DNA of 64,000 bases from Camelus ferus. Its lineage: Eukaryota. A program made the translations under genes and the position numbers. The notes beneath the pieces were generated by a model, which worked only from the letters and a program-made list of their open reading frames with translations, was not told where the DNA came from and ran no database searches. Positions 61,815 through 64,000 of the stretch are shown in pieces (positions within the stretch are counted from its first letter, which is position 1; every line of letters starts with the position of its first letter). The DNA lies in assembly GCF_009834535.1 (NCBI RefSeq), contig NC_045707.1:48114001-48178000 (forward strand). Direction: 5' to 3'.

Positions 61815-63332
61815 TAAAGATCTTGAAAGCTGAAATGATCAAATGGGGATTGAGTTCTGAAACTGTACTTTACTTGTCAAGGTAGCACATTTGAGACTTA
61901 ACCCAGGCACACCTCAATTATTTCATCACCTCACTCCAACTCGTAAAAAGAAGCTGCTTTTATTTATGAATGCCAAATAAAGGAGAAACAGGGATTCTTG
62001 CATTTTCTTGGTAATTGGAAGGGAAGGAGGGCTTAGATATTTATTCAGCTTTTCACTTATATTCTTTGTCTTCTAGGTGTTGATACTATCAACAAATAAC
62101 CAGCTCTCTGTCCAAACCAATAGGAAAGTTAAAGGCTAACTCTTAAAATGTAGGCAGTTTCAGAAACATAACCAAAATTGGAAGGACCTAATGAAACGAC
62201 ACTAGGAGAAAAGTAAGAGAGTGATTTGCAGTTTTTGTTTAATTAAACTGTTTTGCATTTTAATGTTAATGTATCAGCTTCATGCTGAGCCTCTGTAGGT
62301 TCAAGTAGGGTCACAAATGAATTGGAAAGAATCCAAGGGCATAAGTTAGGGGCAAGGGTAGGAATGGAGAGTGACACACTGAACACTTGGACTGACCACG
62401 TGCTAAACTTTGACGTGGCAGCATCTACAGCAGATGTTGCCAGTATTTAGCAAGCACATTTCTAAATAACCTGCTAGGTCTTGAAGTACTTCTTTTCCCT
62501 TGCTTTCTCTCTCTCCCAGCATCTCTGCTTTATTGTCCCCCCCATATTGAAACACGCAGTCGGATGCCACTGATTAAAACTATCACCGGAGTCTATCCAG
62601 AAGTCTACCTCAGGGAGTTAGAAATAAGTATGTGACTCTCTTTATAGACTGACATGTAAATTATGAATTTGCCTTTTAATGAAAGACATTTTAATATTGT
62701 ATTTCTTAGTCTGGCAAGATATAACACCTTCAGGATGAGAAATGTGACTCCCCACTCCTGAAGCCATGACAGACATTCTTAATCAATCTCTGAGTCTCTG
62801 CACTCCCTTTCTTTGGTCCTGGTCTTGGGCCTCAGAATAATTGCCAAAACACTGCTTCAGGAAGCAGCGACCAGTCGGTTGGAGTGGGATTGTAAGTGAA
62901 ACCTCCTCACCGTCTTTGCACTGCATGGCATTCTGTTTCACATGACTACTGTATATGTAACAGCAATACCCTCTCACACGCTCTCCTATGTGTATGATAG
63001 ACCCTAAAAATAATATATTTAAAATTAATAAAAAGCATCAATTAAGTTAATAAGCTAAGTGAGACTGCATATTTATTATTGCTTGGATGAACCAGTCGTA
63101 AAATGCACATCTAATTTACACCAGAAACGTAGGTATTAGAATAGATATCAGCAAACCTCTTTAATGTTGAGGGCTACCATTTTATGGATTTTAGAAAATG
63201 CTAAGTAACCAGCTCTGGAGTTTGGTAAGGGTAATGGAGATACAAAAATGGTTAAAAAGTTGTGAAAGGGTAGAGTGCAGAGAAGGGTGTGAGGGACTAA
63301 ATGAAACAGTTCTTTCCCTCCCCTGAGGGCCT

Positions 63333-63414
63333 CTTCTTTTTCTTTCATTTTCTCTCTCTCTTTCTGTCTCTGTCTCTCTCTCTCTCACACACACACACAT
63401 CACATACACACACA
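63333..63414. repeat. (TC)n(CA)n compound microsatellite
   Basis: Direct reading. Confidence 0.9.
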
Positions 63415-64000
63415 AAACAAAACGAGTATATTTAGTATTTATGATCGTGAAATATGCCTTGCTTTTGGGGAGACCCTTCACTCATCAGTTTTATTTGGGT
63501 CAAATTGTTTTCAGGTTTTACTGGAAAAGACCTTTTGTATAAATCTTGGCATGCCATCGGCGCTTGCCTGTAGAAAGTTGGGAAAACAATTTCCCATATC
63601 AAAATCTTGGTTTCTTCAGGAAAATGGCTGACATGGTAGTAATATTTATCTTTCAGGGTTTTTATGAGGATTAATCTAGTGAACTTTCCTGCCAACACTT
63701 TGAAACTATAACATACTGACAAATACGAGCTGTTTTGATAAATGGTATATGGAGTACTTGAAAAAGTGGAAAACACCCACTCAGTATCTATTATTATTCA
63801 TCAATATTATTATGATTATTTCTTTTCAATTTTGAATTAAAGTTTTAAAATACGGAGCTTTCTATGCATTGTCAACATTACATGTGCAGTGTCATTGAAC
63901 TTAGGTAATGCTTTATAATATTTTTTTTTAATTTGCTGGTTTTGATAACTATATACAAATCAATGTAGATTCAGCAGCAGCTTTTATTAGAACAAAATGT

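Noticed and set aside
62055..62145. Strong-looking splice acceptor TTCTTTGTCTTCTAG/G
   Set aside because: All three frames stop soon after, and no partner exons were identified. A non-coding exon cannot be excluded.

Overview
This is AT-rich (roughly 40% GC by eye), CpG-depleted, non-coding mammalian DNA, almost certainly from a camelid (camel, llama or alpaca): it carries two tRNA-Ala-derived Vic-1-type SINEs. I found no convincing protein-coding exon, RNA gene or CRISPR array. The listed ORFs are chance ORFs, low-complexity sequence or transposon remnants, so the window reads as a large intron or intergenic region, possibly just upstream of a promoter at the left edge. Much of it is eutherian repeat debris: MIR, L2, L1M, MaLR MLT1 LTRs, ERVL LTR16, a MER31-like ERV1 LTR and hAT/Tigger DNA elements. 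Between these lie repeat-free islands with clustered transcription-factor motifs (candidate enhancers). The three most unusual structures are: (i) a ~155-bp diverged copy of an apparently unique segment inserted into a MIR 1 kb downstream; (ii) an ancient L2 fragment inside a younger MER44/Tigger7 element; (iii) a young L1 with a perfect 15-bp TSD inside a camelid SINE. Repeat names come from my recollection of consensus sequences, not a database search, and boundaries are approximate. I cannot support a novel coding system here.
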